Source of the DNA: Chiloscyllium plagiosum
Taxonomy: Eukaryota
Reading direction: 5' to 3'
Assembly (NCBI RefSeq): GCF_004010195.1
Contig: NC_057712.1
Location: 6,251,299 to 6,315,298, forward strand
DNA length: 64,000 nucleotides
Part shown: piece by piece, positions 12,001 to 25,265 of the stretch
Layout of the letters: each line of letters opens with the position of its first letter
How positions within the stretch are numbered: position 1 is the first letter of the stretch
The notes under the pieces: generated by a model
Seen by the model: the letters and a program-made list of their open reading frames with translations, nothing else
What the model was told of the DNA's origin: nothing
Database searches by the model: none
Position numbers and translations under genes: made by a program

Positions 12001-15000
12001 GTGCAGAAAGTGGAATATGGCAAGTGGTATTTCACACTCCTGGTGACAATCGGATTATGACTGTGAAAGAAGCACGTCAAATGAACTATGGAATCAATAT
12101 GACAGTGAGTCGTATCTTGCTTCGTGCTCCATACCATACTAATGAGGCTCAAACAGTTTTGGTGAGTTCACTATTTAATTTCCTCATGGTGTTTTATAAC
12201 TGGAACATTACTGCTATATTTGAATATTGCTTGATGTGTAAACTAGTCACTTCTAATTAGGTTCATGGAATTCCTTTGACTGTAATCCGATCAACTACCT
12301 TCTACAAAGAGCATTGGATGGCTCTGCTAATTGACACTGCAGTGGCTTGTCCTCTTGGTAAGAAATCCAATGTTTCCACTTTACTATAGGATGGCTTCTA
12401 ATGGGTAAATGTTAAACCATCTGAAATTGGATAAATTAATGAAGCAAATCTGTTCATCTGAGACTATTTCCCAGCTTTGCTAGTTAACCCTTTCTGCAAC
12501 TGTCAAATATGGTACTCTGGTTCCTCCCCCCACCGACATTCTACTTGCAATCTCTGGTTTGGTCATTCTTAAAACTGATTTGTCAAATCAAATGTTACTT
12601 TGTTTCCCTTTTTTTTTTTTTCCCCCCTAGATGGTACTTCATTCACTGATGACCTAATCATCTGGACAGTACCAAGAATCTTCACTCCACTCGTCACCAT
12701 TGCAGTTCATCAGGACAACACGTCCATGGGAGTAAATGGGATCAAGTTGAATTCCACAACAATGGGAGAAAGAAACTATACCATTGATAAGAATGATACA
12801 GGCCTTGCTATAAGGGTCCCCATTGGAGCACAGGATGGATATTACAAGGTTGAGAAAATTGTCTTTGTGTAGCATCTAATAATCATGTCTATGCAATCTT
12901 CTATTTAAGATGCATTGCAATCTTAAGCTATCATGCCACCTAGTTTAAATCTCAAATTGAATCATAAAAGCCATACATGATAGACAAAGTTGGAATGTAA
13001 TCTTCTTTCAGGGAAGTGTTTACATTCTAATCAGGAGTTTGTCAGTCATCCAGTCCCTGTCATGTTTGGCTTTTTATGAACCCTTTTTAAATATTATCAA
13101 TCTTTAGGACTGATGTTCTTAATTTTTAGAACTTCCTCTAATGCACATTGGTGTAACACCACATGGCAGATAAGCTTCAGTTATATTCTGGGGCATGTCC
13201 ATATTAAGGTAGGTAAATCCTCAGGAACTCAGGATCATCTCCTCCAGAATGCTGGAGGAGGGTCTTGAATAAAACATTCCCTCTTTCCTCCAGAGATCCC
13301 AGAGCACTAGAATAGCCAGCCTATTTTCAAGGGCAACAGGGATAATTTGGGCACGAAGTCTGGTGAGCCTTGTCAGGTAGGAGGGAAATTTTAACTGAAG
13401 ATTCTTGCATTTTCCCACATTTCTGTGGGGAGAATGAACTTTGACTAGATAGCCTTGTGTGGGGAATGTTGCCTCAAACTGGAGTTGAGGTCTCTGATTT
13501 GAGGGCAGGGTAGTAAACATCTACACGGATCCCATGTGACTTTTTCTCTAACAGCTTACCTTGCTAGAATGTGATAAGTTGGGAAAAATGGATACAGAAC
13601 TACCATCATAAGTCTTTTTTTTTTTCTCTAAACCATGAGTAATGTTCCACAGGGATCAGTGGTGAGAACCCTGTTTTAAATGAATCTAAGAATGCAGGTA
13701 GGCTCTTTGGTAAGATTGTACCCAAAAGACTGGGGGATCTGTAGATAGTGAGGGCTGCTAGACAATACACTAGGATACAACAGGACTTGGCACATGAAGA
13801 CTCCTCTGGACTAGAGGCAATGCATTTTGAAAGATCTAATGCAGGAGAGAACTCTCAGCATCAATAAACAGAAGTCTAGGCATGTAGGCCCAACTTCCGT
13901 GGATGAGGTGATCATGAAAGAATTGTTTGGGACTGTATATAAATAGGCAAGTCATTGCAGCTGTATAAACTTTAATCAAGTCACACTTGGAATATTGAGT
14001 ACAGTTCCAGATGATACTCTAAGGATATGGATATTTGTGTAGAGACAACACGTTACCAGAATGTGGCTTGGTTTGGAACATATTAGCTATGGGAAGAGCT
14101 TGGACAAACTTTGGTTTGTTTTCACTTGGACATTTGAAGGGTGGGAGTGACCTGAAATTTACAAAATTGAGACATAGATCCTTCACAGGCTCTCAGCACA
14201 TGTGGTGGAAGGATTCACACTCCAGCCTACATAGAGACTGAAACCTTAACCCAAAGCCTCAGACTACTGACTATTTCAATCAATCTGAACAACTATGTGG
14301 GGAGGCAGGGTGGAAATAACTTCATGTTGGTCTGTTTTTAAATTAAACATCTGCTTTCAGAGCCATGTGGTGGATGGACAGTATGGTATAAAGTACAGCA
14401 TCAATTTGTTCTTGGAGCACCTGTGGAAAGATGAGGCATGGGGACTGAATAAAATCAATGTGATCCACCCAGTTACTACACCCTTTATACCTCAGCCTCT
14501 GGTTCTCATTGATGGTATGTACTTGTGTAAGAAGGGAACAGTTGAGCAAATAGCAGGTTCTATCTTTAAAAAGTAAACATGGCCTTGATATGTAAATGGT
14601 CATGTAATTAAGTTCAAATATTAAGGTGATGGGTTGGTGCCTTGATCCACCTGTAGGCTAAGTGGCAGAAGTACTATCAAATCACGAATCCTGAGATTCA
14701 AAGGATGTTCCAATCAATGTACTTAACCTGGGAAGAATACTGTTCCCTTGTACCAGTCCATCTTTTGGAAGTATCATTTAGTTGGTGAGAGGCTAGTAAA
14801 GAAGCCTTTTGGTTGCTTAAATGTTTAGGCCAGGAATGGATCTTTAGCTGAATTCATATCCAATCACTACAACTGTTTTTTGTCCACAAAAACACATCTC
14901 GTTTTTCTGTGTATTTCAATGTCCTCCAATCACTTGCTACTAGCAAATTCTCCACCGAGATTAAGTTAGGTAAGTAGGGATAAACAAACCTGGCAGTTCA

Positions 15001-18000
15001 TAAATGGTGGCTGAAGTGTTTAAGAAGTAACTGATCTGAACTATTAAGTCCATCCTTCCAATTGTTGCTAGATCTCAATGTTCAGCTGAAATGAAAACTG
15101 TATGCTTGCACTGATCTAATGTTCAGCCAGTTCAATAGAATTAGAACATATATCAGCACAGGCCCTTTGGCCATCGCTGGTTTCACATGTCAGTGCAACA
15201 AATCTAAAGCCTAGTACACAATTCCATTATCATATTTATCTAAAGACCAGTTAAATGCCTTAATGTTCAGACCCCCAAAAAGGAAATTCCATCTAACTGT
15301 TGTAAATTCTGGCAAAGACAAGTAGCCTGTCTATCCAAAAGTGGTTTTACAGTCTGTAGAATTGTAATTTTTAAAACTGTCTTCCAGATACCATTCCTGA
15401 GCAATGGCTATTCAATGTCTCATTGGGCAACTTCCTTCCTGACGTAGAACTCACCAAGCTCACTCTGGGCACACAGTCCTTCCCTGTGGATGAAGAAACC
15501 CTGATATTTAATGTGTACACTGGGACTAACCCAGATGAGACCACCTTAAATAGAATCTTCATCCTGGAAGTTCCCATGGAGTCACCAGTTGTAGACAGAA
15601 AGGTAATGGGATGTCTGGGTGAATGGCTTCCACGTTGGGAGATGGTGCTGACTTGTGGCTTCCTCCTTCCAGTATATAGGTGATGGTGTTGAACAATATA
15701 CCCTTGATGTCATCTTCACAATGACTGTGGTTCCAGAAAATCTAACATTCACACATCCAGCTCACTTAATACATCAGCACACAATAGGTAGGTGGTTCTT
15801 GCCCTGATGTAGACTGCAAAGTGATCCGTGAAAATGCTTTTTGAAGTAATATGAAATGTGCCTTTTGCTAGTACTTCCTGTGGCTGATGGCTTTTGTGAT
15901 GAAGAGAACGTGACCTTGATGGTAACACGTGGAATGTCAGATCGGTACTGGATTCCTTTCATTGGAAACATGCAGCTCACCCCTCACTCTGCTGAGCAGA
16001 GAGGTTATCACCTGAGAGAGAATGGTACCCACTCAGTAATAACCATTCCACGTGATGCAGCTGAAGTTGTTCATGAGGTAGTAACTATTTAACTCAAATC
16101 TGTTTTGTTTTAGTTTGTGTGTATCCCAACTAATTGTGGCTTCATTCCAGGCAATAAATGAGCAAGGTCTTCGCAACAGGTTTGAGTTCAAATTCCGGGA
16201 TAATGAAACCCTGGAAGTTCTGGTCAACTTTTCTGTTTCTTGCAGCTTTTCAATAAGTGATTTGATAAGTAAGTTCCTGACTTCACTTGCTGTAAGCATC
16301 AACTCTTGCTTAGTCTTGGCATCACTAACTTTTTTTCTTTTCCCTTTAATATAGCATGTTTCCCAAGTGGAAGGATTGTCATCACTGTTCTGAAGCTGGA
16401 AGCATTGTTGGGAGTGGATGGGAAAATGATGCTGAAAGATAAAACCTGTAGACCAAAGGAGAGGAGTGCCTTCAAGGTCACATTTGATTTTTCTGCAAAT
16501 ACATGTGGAACGAGTAGAAGGGTAAGCAACAACTGGCTTCTATTGAAACTAAACTGCCTCTGGGACAATTAGTATTAAACATGATCTCATCATGGACTAA
16601 TTGTGTTTCTTGTGGTAGTTTGAGGAGGACTACATGATCTATGAGAATGAAGTGGCTTTCTTCAAAAAATCAGCACCAGCTAGTGATCCACTGTATCGGT
16701 AAGATTCTGGAGCAAGAGCTTGATTTTAGTGTTTGCTTTCCCTTCTGTGAGTATATGAAAATACAAAGTGACCATCTATGTACCTAGGCTTGCAGTATCC
16801 TGTCATTACCATGTAAATGACACTCTGCATCTTCAGTTTGAACACCAAGTGAATCCTCAGCCAACTGTTGTACCTGGATATGGACCTCTCGTCTTGATGA
16901 TGCAACTTGCCAAAGGTAAATCGCCACCTACAGTGGCTCAATATTAGAACACCTCTGTCGGAGGGGTAAATTTTGAGATCCAGTCTGACTTGATTGCAGC
17001 TATTTTAATTAAGAATTGGAATGAGGATTTTCCTTTCCACCCCTAATTTTATTGGACCTCTTTGCTTTGTTGGTTTGCAGATGTGTCCTATTCTGCCCTG
17101 TATGAGGAAGGTGACTATCCAGTCGTGAAGTATCTGACTGATCCTGTCTATGTTGAAGTGCAACTGCTACACAATGAAGATCCACAAATTGAATTGTTCC
17201 TGCAAGACTGTTGGGCAACTGCGTCACCGGACAGACGCAGCATTCCACAGTGGCCTCTAATTATCAACAGGCAAGTAGGAGCTGCTGCTTTGTAAAGGGG
17301 GGACAGTTTTGACATCTGCCTTTGGGTGGCAAGTGACTATCTTTTGTTTTACAGCTGTGAGAACAAAGCTGACTTGTATAGAACCACCTTCCATCCGGTA
17401 GCCGAGAGTGAGAGGGTTAAATATCCTGCTCACTTCAAAAGGTTTGAAGTCCAGATGTTTACTTTCACCTTGGGCAATTATACTGAGGAACAGGTGAGGA
17501 TTTGTCCAGTACAGTGTTTTTTCAGTATGTTTGTATTCCACTATTGTTATCATTTTCTCTCCCCCAGGTGTATTTCCATTGCAGCGTAGCCTTGTGCAGG
17601 AAGGAGCCAGTAAATAGATTCCTGTGTCCAGGTCAATGTGTACCAAGGAAACAACGAATAGGTAATGCTTGAAGATGGGCACCAAACCTGTGCTGTTTGC
17701 CTGTAATCCTGTACTGACCAGCTGTGTAATTACTACAGGGCGAAGTGCTGACAGAACCCACCATGTGCAGGGGTATGTGTCATCAGGGGCTGTTCTGATT
17801 TCTACAGAATTCCCTACAGTAGAGAACCAGATTGAGCAAGGTGAAAAATCACTTGAACAGCTTAAAGGGAACTTTTGTTTTTAATCTGTGGTGCTGAAAC
17901 ATCTTTTTTTTTTTAGATATGCAAGACCAGTCCCGTTGGCTGCTGCTGCTTGGAGGCTCAGCAGTGATTGCTTTTACTGTGTTCATTTTTGGTTACAGAA

Positions 18001-18017
18001 AACATGGAGCTTGGTGA
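3060..18017 (+). CDS. zpax: Zona pellucida protein AX-like egg-envelope glycoprotein, copy A (952 aa, 22 exons)
   Basis: Exons: 3060-3133, 3218-3276, 3374-3466, 8770-8894, 9338-9478, 9943-10017, 11994-12161, 12261-12357, 12631-12848, 14361-14514, 15388-15602, 15673-15787, 15872-16077, 16151-16268, 16355-16521, 16619-16698, 16788-16915, 17081-17270, 17355-17493, 17568-17661, 17739-17840, 17917-18017. All phases join (2859 nt). Introns are GT-AG except one GC-AG. Features: signal peptide (MASILLFGLILSVSA, alternative ATG at 3111), ZPAX-type PWAAREIFCEENYMQVSV, ZP module (CGT..YENEV..SCHY; YPVVKYLTDPVYVEV..DCWAT..PQWPLII..C..HFKRFEV.MFTF..VYFHCSVALC), RKQR site, EHP VSSGAVLI and a C-terminal TM. 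Confidence 0.9.
4185..4690 (+). mobile_element. CR1 LINE 3' fragment in intron 3
   Basis: Degenerate match to the 3' ORF2/UTR of the CR1 at 1-1220 (TATGCTTTCCTTT..GGTCAG..ATTGAG.TATAGGAGTTGG). Confidence 0.75.
6721..6890. mobile_element. Fold-back Penelope-like pLTR element (142-bp inverted repeat, 6735-6876)
   Basis: Left arm TGCTGGAAGAGCACAGTAGTTCAGGCAGCATCCAAGGAGCAGC...GGGCAAAAGCCCT. The right arm is its near-perfect reverse complement. Confidence 0.75.
13550..14180 (+). mobile_element. Degenerate CR1 LINE fragment in intron 9
   Basis: Remnants GTTCCACAGGGATCAGTG (PQGSV), ATGCATTTTG and CACACTTGGAATATTG..TACAGTTC. Confidence 0.6.
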
Positions 18018-18094
18018 TCTTTAACTAAAAGCTAATGACCAATTCAAATTGGATTTTTGTCATTAATGTCAAATCAGTGTATACTTGGCTTATA

Positions 18095-18275
18095 TATCAG
18101 GCAACATCAGAAATAGGAGAGTTGACATGTCGGGCATAAACCCTTCAGGAATGCAGGATTTAATGCCCAAAACATTGACACTCTTGCTCCTAAAATGTTG
18201 GCTGGCTGTGCTTTTCCAGTACCACGCTTCTTTTGTTTTGACTTTTTTGAACATCTTCAGTCTTCTAACTTTCTC
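18095..18275. mobile_element. Degenerate fold-back Penelope-like pLTR element just 3' of copy A
   Basis: GGGCATAAACCCTTCAGGAA...TGCCCAAAACATTGAC..CTCCT...GTGCTTTTCCAG, same family as 25714-25927. Confidence 0.6.
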
Positions 18276-19484
18276 CAAATAAGCATCTGAGTCATAAATG
18301 GCTTGTCCTAAGCTATAACAATTCTACTTTTCTTATGGCAATATTGGCTAGTAAGGGGTTTGGCTGTAACTTGAGCCACAGTTTGCTTAAACTGGCCAAT
18401 CTCTAGATGCCACCAAACCACTACTGTCACTTGGAGCCTGGGCGGTCAGACTCATGACTTTTGGCATGAACTGAATTCTCACACCTTCTTGCTCAAAGTT
18501 GTACTATCACTACAGTATTTTGTCTGGACCATGTCTCTATCATGTTCCACCCCAAAATGTTGTAAGTTGCAATTTCACCAGGTCCCTCCTGTAGATATGG
18601 TGGCCCTGTGCTACCTGCTTAGAACAGATGTCTCCAGCAACATGCTGATAACATTTCAATTCGGATCTATTCCTAAAGTCAGTGGTTTCAAGTTCAGTTG
18701 AATGAGGACTTTTTTGGTCTACTGCATTGGACTGTTTTCTTCCATTTTAATCTTAATTCATTTGCATCCATCTTTTCCTGTGGATTACTCATGCTCAAGA
18801 TAATGGCAGTAACTGAAGATGGCTTAACTTTGTGCTTAAGGTAGGTCATTTAGGATCATGTAATCAAAGTTATGCCTCCTGAAGATGCACATTCCTATCA
18901 GGAAATACTTTCAAATAATCCTTTATAGGAGAAAGATCTAAGCTCTTGAAACAAGCCACTGAAAGGAAATTGGAAATGTTCACTAGTGTTATTTGAAAGT
19001 GGTGTTAATTGGAACAAATACCTGACCGCTTCTGCCTCTGATCTCCACTGGCTCCCTGTTTTGAATCTTCTAGACTTTAATAGTTGCACCATTAAAACAG
19101 ACTGTTGTTCTAAAATGTTCTGATTCTGTTTTTAAGGACCAGATAGCTCCAGATATGGGGAGCCACTTTGATCTGTCCTCTTCATGCCAAACACTCACTC
19201 ATATAGACTTAGGAGTACATGATTTTGATAGTAGAACCTACAGGGGTGTAGAGTGGCACTATTTTGGGTGTTATCTTGGGTATAATCTGAGGCATGAAAA
19301 TAGAAAAATGACTACTTAAAGGTGAACACTACAGTTTATACTAGAATGCTCAGCATTTAGCAGATTCCAGAGCAGAGATTTGTCAGTATGAAGCAGGTGA
19401 TTATCTGTCTAACACTTTAACAATTAACAGATCTATTTGATGTAAAATGCTCTGCTTAGCCAACATTGGCTTTCACTTGTCAGT

Positions 19485-19636
19485 GGGGAGAAAGTGAGGG
19501 CTGCAGATGCTGGAGATCAGAGCTGAAAATGTGTTGCTGGAAAAGCGCAGCAGGTCAGGCAGCATCCAGGGAACAGGAGAATCGATGTTTCGGGCATAAG
19601 CTGCCTGACCTGCGTTTTTCCAGCAACACATTTTCA
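19485..19636 (-). mobile_element. Penelope-like pLTR insertion with inverted 3' part and 16-bp TSD
   Basis: GCTTTCACTTGTCAGT occurs at both 19469-19484 and 19637-19652. Internal inverted repeat AGCTGAAAATGTGTTGCTGGAAAA / TTTTCCAGCAACACATTTTCAGCT. Confidence 0.8.
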
Positions 19637-19826
19637 GCTTTCACTTGTCAGTCACTAATTTCAACAGTTTTAACTTTATACAGAAGCAAATTTTAACATT
19701 ACTGTGAAACAGAAACATTTTATAAGGAATTCTAAGGTGTTTTCTTTTAATGTAATGTCCTGGTCTTTCAAAGTTTGCTTTTTTAATGTTGCTTGTAGCA
19801 ATTCATATTAGCACTTCTGACTAACT

Positions 19827-20437
19827 TGTGATGGACTAAGCCAGACCACTCAACATTTGTGAGTAGGCAGCCCAAGACCATAACTTTTTGCAATTTGTTT
19901 CAGTAAGTGTACAGTGAAAATTACCCAGTGTAAGATAGCTAACTACTACATTTTAAAATGGACAAATTTAATCACAATTACACTGAAATGAGAATAAAGA
20001 ACCCCTACAGAACTAGACTTATGCTGCTAAGAATATATACTACAGACCAAGTAAGCAAACTCCCTTTTAAAAGATTATATAAATGGAACACATGCTTACA
20101 GGTTGAAGTTGAAGGGCAGAACGTTTCCACATAGCTCCCTGTTGAATTTCTAACTAGTTCAAACTGAACTAAAACTGTTCAGTTCAGCTAGAGAGCTGAC
20201 CATACCTCTTTTTTTTTTTCTTTATGCAGGTCACTTCTAAAGTATGACCACTTTGGCCTGAAGTCTCATCTGTTTACATATAAACAAAGGGCCTCTCAAT
20301 CCTTAATCTCTGTACCAAACCAGACCAATCAGAGCCCAGTGCAGTTTATTACCCCTCTGGGGGGGAAAAAATTCAAGGACAGTCTCCTTTAGCCAAGGAA
20401 CAGCTTTTTAGGGGAAAAAAGGACTAGCTTTGTGACA
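19827..20437. mobile_element. Possible solo LTR
   Basis: About 610 bp with TGT...ACA termini and LTR-like composition. No TSD found. Confidence 0.25.
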
Positions 20438-20759
20438 TATGTAAGCAGCTTCTGGGCTTAAAGCTATCCAAGGAGCTTGCTTAATCTTATTAAAGTTAGG
20501 GTTTTTCAGTTCATATTGGTACAAGATTTCAGTGTAAACAAGAGTGCAAAATAAAACATTTCCAATTAACTCCTCACTTTCATCAGGTCAAAAGTGTGGC
20601 CATGGGCTCCAGTTATTGTCAGTCTTTTGCAGGGTACATGGAACATGCTTTGTTCTAGTCCTACTGGGGCATCCACCCACTACTTTCTCCAGTGTCAATA
20701 ACCTATTTAGTTCTACTTTCCTCAGTTCTGGACAAGAGGTTGGAGAAAATTTATCAAAT

Positions 20760-22085
20760 CTTGATTCCAACTTCTACCTGCTGTGACCTTCATGTCTCTC
20801 CCTGATGTCTCCTTTGACATCAACTTCCAGGTATAGGCTGGCTACCCATACAAACCCACTGACTCCAAGTTATTTTGACCAAGCATCCTTGCGCTCAACC
20901 TAGAATAGAATTTAGAAAGCTTTTTCCTTTTTTCTGGAACAGGATGTGCTCATGATGCCAATGGCAACAAGAGAGCCACAACATATCCATAGTCACCTTT
21001 TGACCAAGGGCTCCCCAGCACTGGTCTGAAAGCTGGATGTGACTAAGGGCCCCATCTCTGTCCTGATTTTGGCCCTTACCTGCCCTCCACAGAGATAGTG
21101 AACCCATCCCCAGGCCTCACTTGCTATCCCACCAGCCTGCATATCCAAAGGATTGTTAGCCAATTTCTGCCACCACAGCAACATACTTTCCCCCTCTCTT
21201 CCTCCTTTTTGTCAGCCTTCCACAGGGACTGCTATGGCCACCTTGGTCCACTTCACCTTCCCTCCAATGTTTTGTCACCTTCCCATACAATCCGGTGTAA
21301 TATCTACCTGTTTACTTCCCACTTTTTTTCCCACACCCCACTAACCAAGGTCTTAAACACACCTTTTCACATGAAGCAGTGATTTACCTGCACGTCACTC
21401 AATCTAAAATACTGTTTGCCCACAATCTGGGCTGCTCTACATTGGGGAAACACAGTGCAGATTAGGTGACCAGGTTTTGTTTAAAAACCTGATGTTCTGT
21501 TTGCAAAACTGACTGAGCTTCTGGTTGCCTACCACTTCAAGACATTACTGACGTCCCTGGTCAACATCCATCTTTGCCTTGCTGCATTGCTCTAGCAAAA
21601 CTCAGTACAAGCTGGAAGAACAAACCATTTCATTTTTCACTTGGGGACCCAAAGCCTTCCAGACTCTGCACCAAGTTCAATACTTGAGGTGAGTACATTC
21701 TCCAATGTCCTTTCCCAAATCTCTTTTCTCTTCCCCTGCTCTTCTTTTCTCTTCCCACCCCCCCACCCCCAAAAATAGACCTTGTCATCTCTCTCAAGCT
21801 GCTACCAAACAGGAGTTACTGTTGCCAGACTTGCTGAGCTTTTCCAGCATTTTTTCTGAACTTTACCCATTCATTTGTCTGCCCAATCACTACTATCACA
21901 CTCTCACTCCTCTCTGCCCTTTCCCTCCACCTGAATCTAGTGTTCACTCCTCCTTTTTCTGTCTCCACCCCTACCCCTACCCCTCACCATCTTTAGCATA
22001 AAAAACATCTTCCAGCTAGTTAGTTCTAAATATTAACTCTGCTTTCTCTCCTCAAATGCTGCCTGACCTGAGATTTTTAGAGCAT
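20760..22085 (+). mobile_element. Degenerate Penelope-like retroelement (RT thumb, GIY-YIG endonuclease, pLTR)
   Basis: Remnants TACAAACCCACTGACTCC (YKPTDS) at about 20848 and GGGCTGCTCTACATTGGGGAAACA (GLLYIGET) at about 21429, then a pyrimidine-rich 3' region and pLTR motifs. Confidence 0.7.
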
Positions 22086-22424
22086 TGAACATTGCAATAC
22101 AGGCCCTTCAGCCCTCGATGGTTCCATAGGTTGGTGCAACAATCTGAAGCCCATCTAACCTACATTATTCCATTTTCATCCACTTGTTTATCCATTGACC
22201 ACTTTAAATGCCCTTTAAAGTTGGCAGGTCCACTACTGTTGCAGGCAGTGTATTCCACGTCCCTACTAGGTAACGAAACTACCTCCTGATGGCTGTTGTC
22301 TATCTATTGCCCTTTATAGCTTTAAAGTTTTCAGCAAGTTTTGTTTCTAATCTTGTTACTCTTGTTTCCTCTAACAGTTCTTCCCTATATTAAGCTTTGC
22401 AAGTTATCTCACAGCAGTATTTTC

Positions 22425-22650
22425 TAGGATTTACATATGAATCAAAACCTGCATCACCATTCTGAGATTGCAGACTTAATAGCCATTTAGGTTTGTCTAA
22501 TACATTGTTAGTTGTATGCCACTTTGATCTTTTTACATAAATTATTTGTCCTATGTATCCTGACTAAGGAGCAATGCTCTGAAAGCTTTTATTTTCAAAT
22601 AAACTTGTTGGACTATAACCTAGTGTCATGTGATTTTTAACTTTGACCGG
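22425..22650 (+). mobile_element. 3' end of a second Penelope-like family, with degenerate hammerhead core
   Basis: CTGACTAAGGAGCAATGCTCTGAAAGCT...AAATAAAC.TGTTGGACTATAACCT.GTGT..TGTGATTTTTAACTTTG. A reverse-strand copy lies at 59012-59110. Confidence 0.65.
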
Positions 22651-22974
22651 TTCATTAAAAAAATGAAATCTAGGAAAGTGAAGGCACCTTTTAATAGGTC
22701 AATGTTCTTATTCTGAGAAATCACTTTTTTCTGTTTTGTTCTGTTAAGATCCTTCAAGTATGTTATGGAGTCACTATTGTTGCATCAGTTCAAATATAAA
22801 CCTCACTACACTGAATTATGCAAAACAGACAGCAAGCAAAAGAAATGCACACTTTTGACTTGGATATATCTCCTGATGTAACTTATGTCTGTAGCAATGG
22901 GATACAGCTGAGCTGTTTTACATAACACTAGGGCAGTCTCAGTCTATTAAGTGTGTACAAGACAGTTTTCTGAT

Positions 22975-25265
22975 TTTAGTATGTGGGTGTACCTACTAGG
23001 GAAGATGCAAAACTTGACCGACTCTTGGGAAATAAGGCAGGGCAGGTGACTGAGGTGTCAGTGGGGGAGCACTTTGGGGCCAGTGACCATAATTCTATTT
23101 GTTTTAAAATAGTGATGGAAAAGGATAGACCAGATCTAAAAGTTGAATTTCTAAATTGGAGAAAGGCCAATTTTGACGGTATTAGGCAAGAACCTTCAAA
23201 AGCTGATTGGAGGCAGATGATCGCAGGTAAAGGGATGGCTGGAAAATGGGAAGCCTTCAGAAATAACAATCCCAGAGAAAGTATGTTCCTGTCAGGGTGG
23301 AAGGAAAGGCTGGTAGGTATAGGGAATGCTGGATGACTAAAGAAATTGAGGGTTTGGTTAAGAAAAAGGAAGCATATGTCAGGTATAGACAGGATAGATC
23401 GAGTGAATCGTCAAGAGTATAAAGAAAGTATATTTTAAGAGGGGAAATCAGGAGGGCAAAATGGTGACATGAGAGCTTTGGCAAACAGAATTAAGGAGAA
23501 TCCAAAGGGTTTTTACAAATCTATTAAGGACAAAAGGGTAACTAGGGAGACAATAGGGCCCCTCAAAGATCAGCAAGGCAGCCTTTGTGTGGATCCACAG
23601 AAAATGAGGGAGCTATTAAATGAATATTTTGCATCACTATTTACTGTTGGAAAGGACATGGAAAATATAGACTGTAGGGAAATAGATGGTGACATCTTGC
23701 AAATTCTTCAGATTAGAGGAGAAAGTGCTGGATGTCTTAAAGGGTAAAGGTGGATAAATTCCCAGGACCTGATCAGATGTACCAGAGAACTCTGTGGAAA
23801 GCCAGAGAAGTGATTGCTGGGCCTCTTGCTGGGCCTCTTGCTGAGTCACAGGTGAGGTGCTGAAAGACTAGGTTAGCAAACATGGTGCTACTGTTTAAGA
23901 GCAGTAATGACAAGCCAGGGAACTATAGACCGGTGAGCCTGACCTCAGTAGGCAAGTTGTTGGAGGGAAGCCTGAGGGACAGGATGTATATGCCTTTGGA
24001 AAGGCAAGGACTGATTTGGGATAGTCAACATGGCTTTGTGCATGGGAAATCATGTCTCTCAAACTGACAGAGAATTGAGGGTAGAGCAGTAGATGTGATC
24101 TATATGGACTTCAGTAAGGTGTTCAACAAGGTTCCCCATGGGAGACTGATTAGCAAGGTTAGATCTCATGGAATACAGGGAGAACTAATCATTTGGATAC
24201 AGAACTGGCTCAAAGATAGAAGACAGGGTGGTGGTGGAGGGTTGTTTTTCAGACTGGAGGCCTGTGACCAGTAGAGTGCCACAAGGATCGGTGCTGGGCC
24301 CTCTACTTTTGGTCATTTACATAAATGATTTGGATGAGAGTATAAGAGGTACAGCTAGTAAGTTTGCAGATGACACCAAAATTGGAGGTTTAGTGGACAG
24401 CGAAGAGGGTTACTTCAGATTACAACAGGATCTTGACCAGATGGACCAATGGGCTGAGAAGTGGCAGATGGAGTTTAATTCAGATAAATGTGAGGTGCTG
24501 CATTTTGGGAAAGCAAATCTTAGCAGGACGTATACAATTAATGGTAAGGTCCTAGGGAGTGTTGCTGAACAAAGAGACCTTGGAGATCAGGTTCATAGTT
24601 TCTTGAGTGGAGTCACAGGTAGATAGGATAGTGAAGAAGGCGTTTGGTATGCTTTCCTTTATTGGTCAGAGTATTGAGTACAGGAGTTGGGAGGTCATGT
24701 TGCAGCTGTACAGGACATTGGTTAGGCTACTGTTGGAATATTGCGTGCAATTCTGGTCTCCTTCCTATTGGAAGGATGTTGTGAAACTTGAAAAGGTTCA
24801 GAAAAGATTTACAAGGATGTTGCCGGGGTTGGAGGATTTGAGCTAAAACGAGAGGCTGAACAGGGTGGGGCTGTTTTTCCCTAGACCGTCTGAGACTGAG
24901 GGGTTGCCTTAGAGGTTTATAAAATTGAGGGGCATGGATAGGATAAATAGACAAAGTCATTTCCCTGAGGTTGGGGAGTCCAAAACTAGGGGGCATAGGT
25001 TTAGGGTGAGAAGGGAAAGATGAGACCTAAGGGGCAACTTTTTCACGCAGAGGGTGGTACGTGTATGGGAATGAGCTGCCAGAGGAAGTGGTGGAGGCTG
25101 GTACAATTGCAACATTTAAGAGGCATTTGGATGGATATTTGAATTGGAAGGGTTTGGAGGGATATGGGCCAGGTGCTGGCAGGTGGGACTAGATTGGGTT
25201 GGGATATCAGGTCAGCATAGACGGTTTGGACTGAAGGGTCTGTTTCCATGTATATCTCTGACTTA
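22975..25265 (+). mobile_element. CR1-clade LINE, 5'-truncated ORF2 (end of APE, tether, RT) with frameshifts
   Basis: ORF-track fragments [61 protein letters not shown] and LEYCVQFWSP. Confidence 0.95.

Noticed and set aside
17257-17685. 142-aa antisense ORF also present at 44755-45183
   Set aside because: It is shared only because the region is homogenised, and it is antisense to real exons with no domain signal.
3060-18017. Calling the gene ZP2 or ZP4
   Set aside because: There is no trefoil domain. The length (about 950 aa), multiple N-terminal repeats and the WAAREIFCEENYMQVSV motif fit ZPAX better. A phylogeny would confirm.
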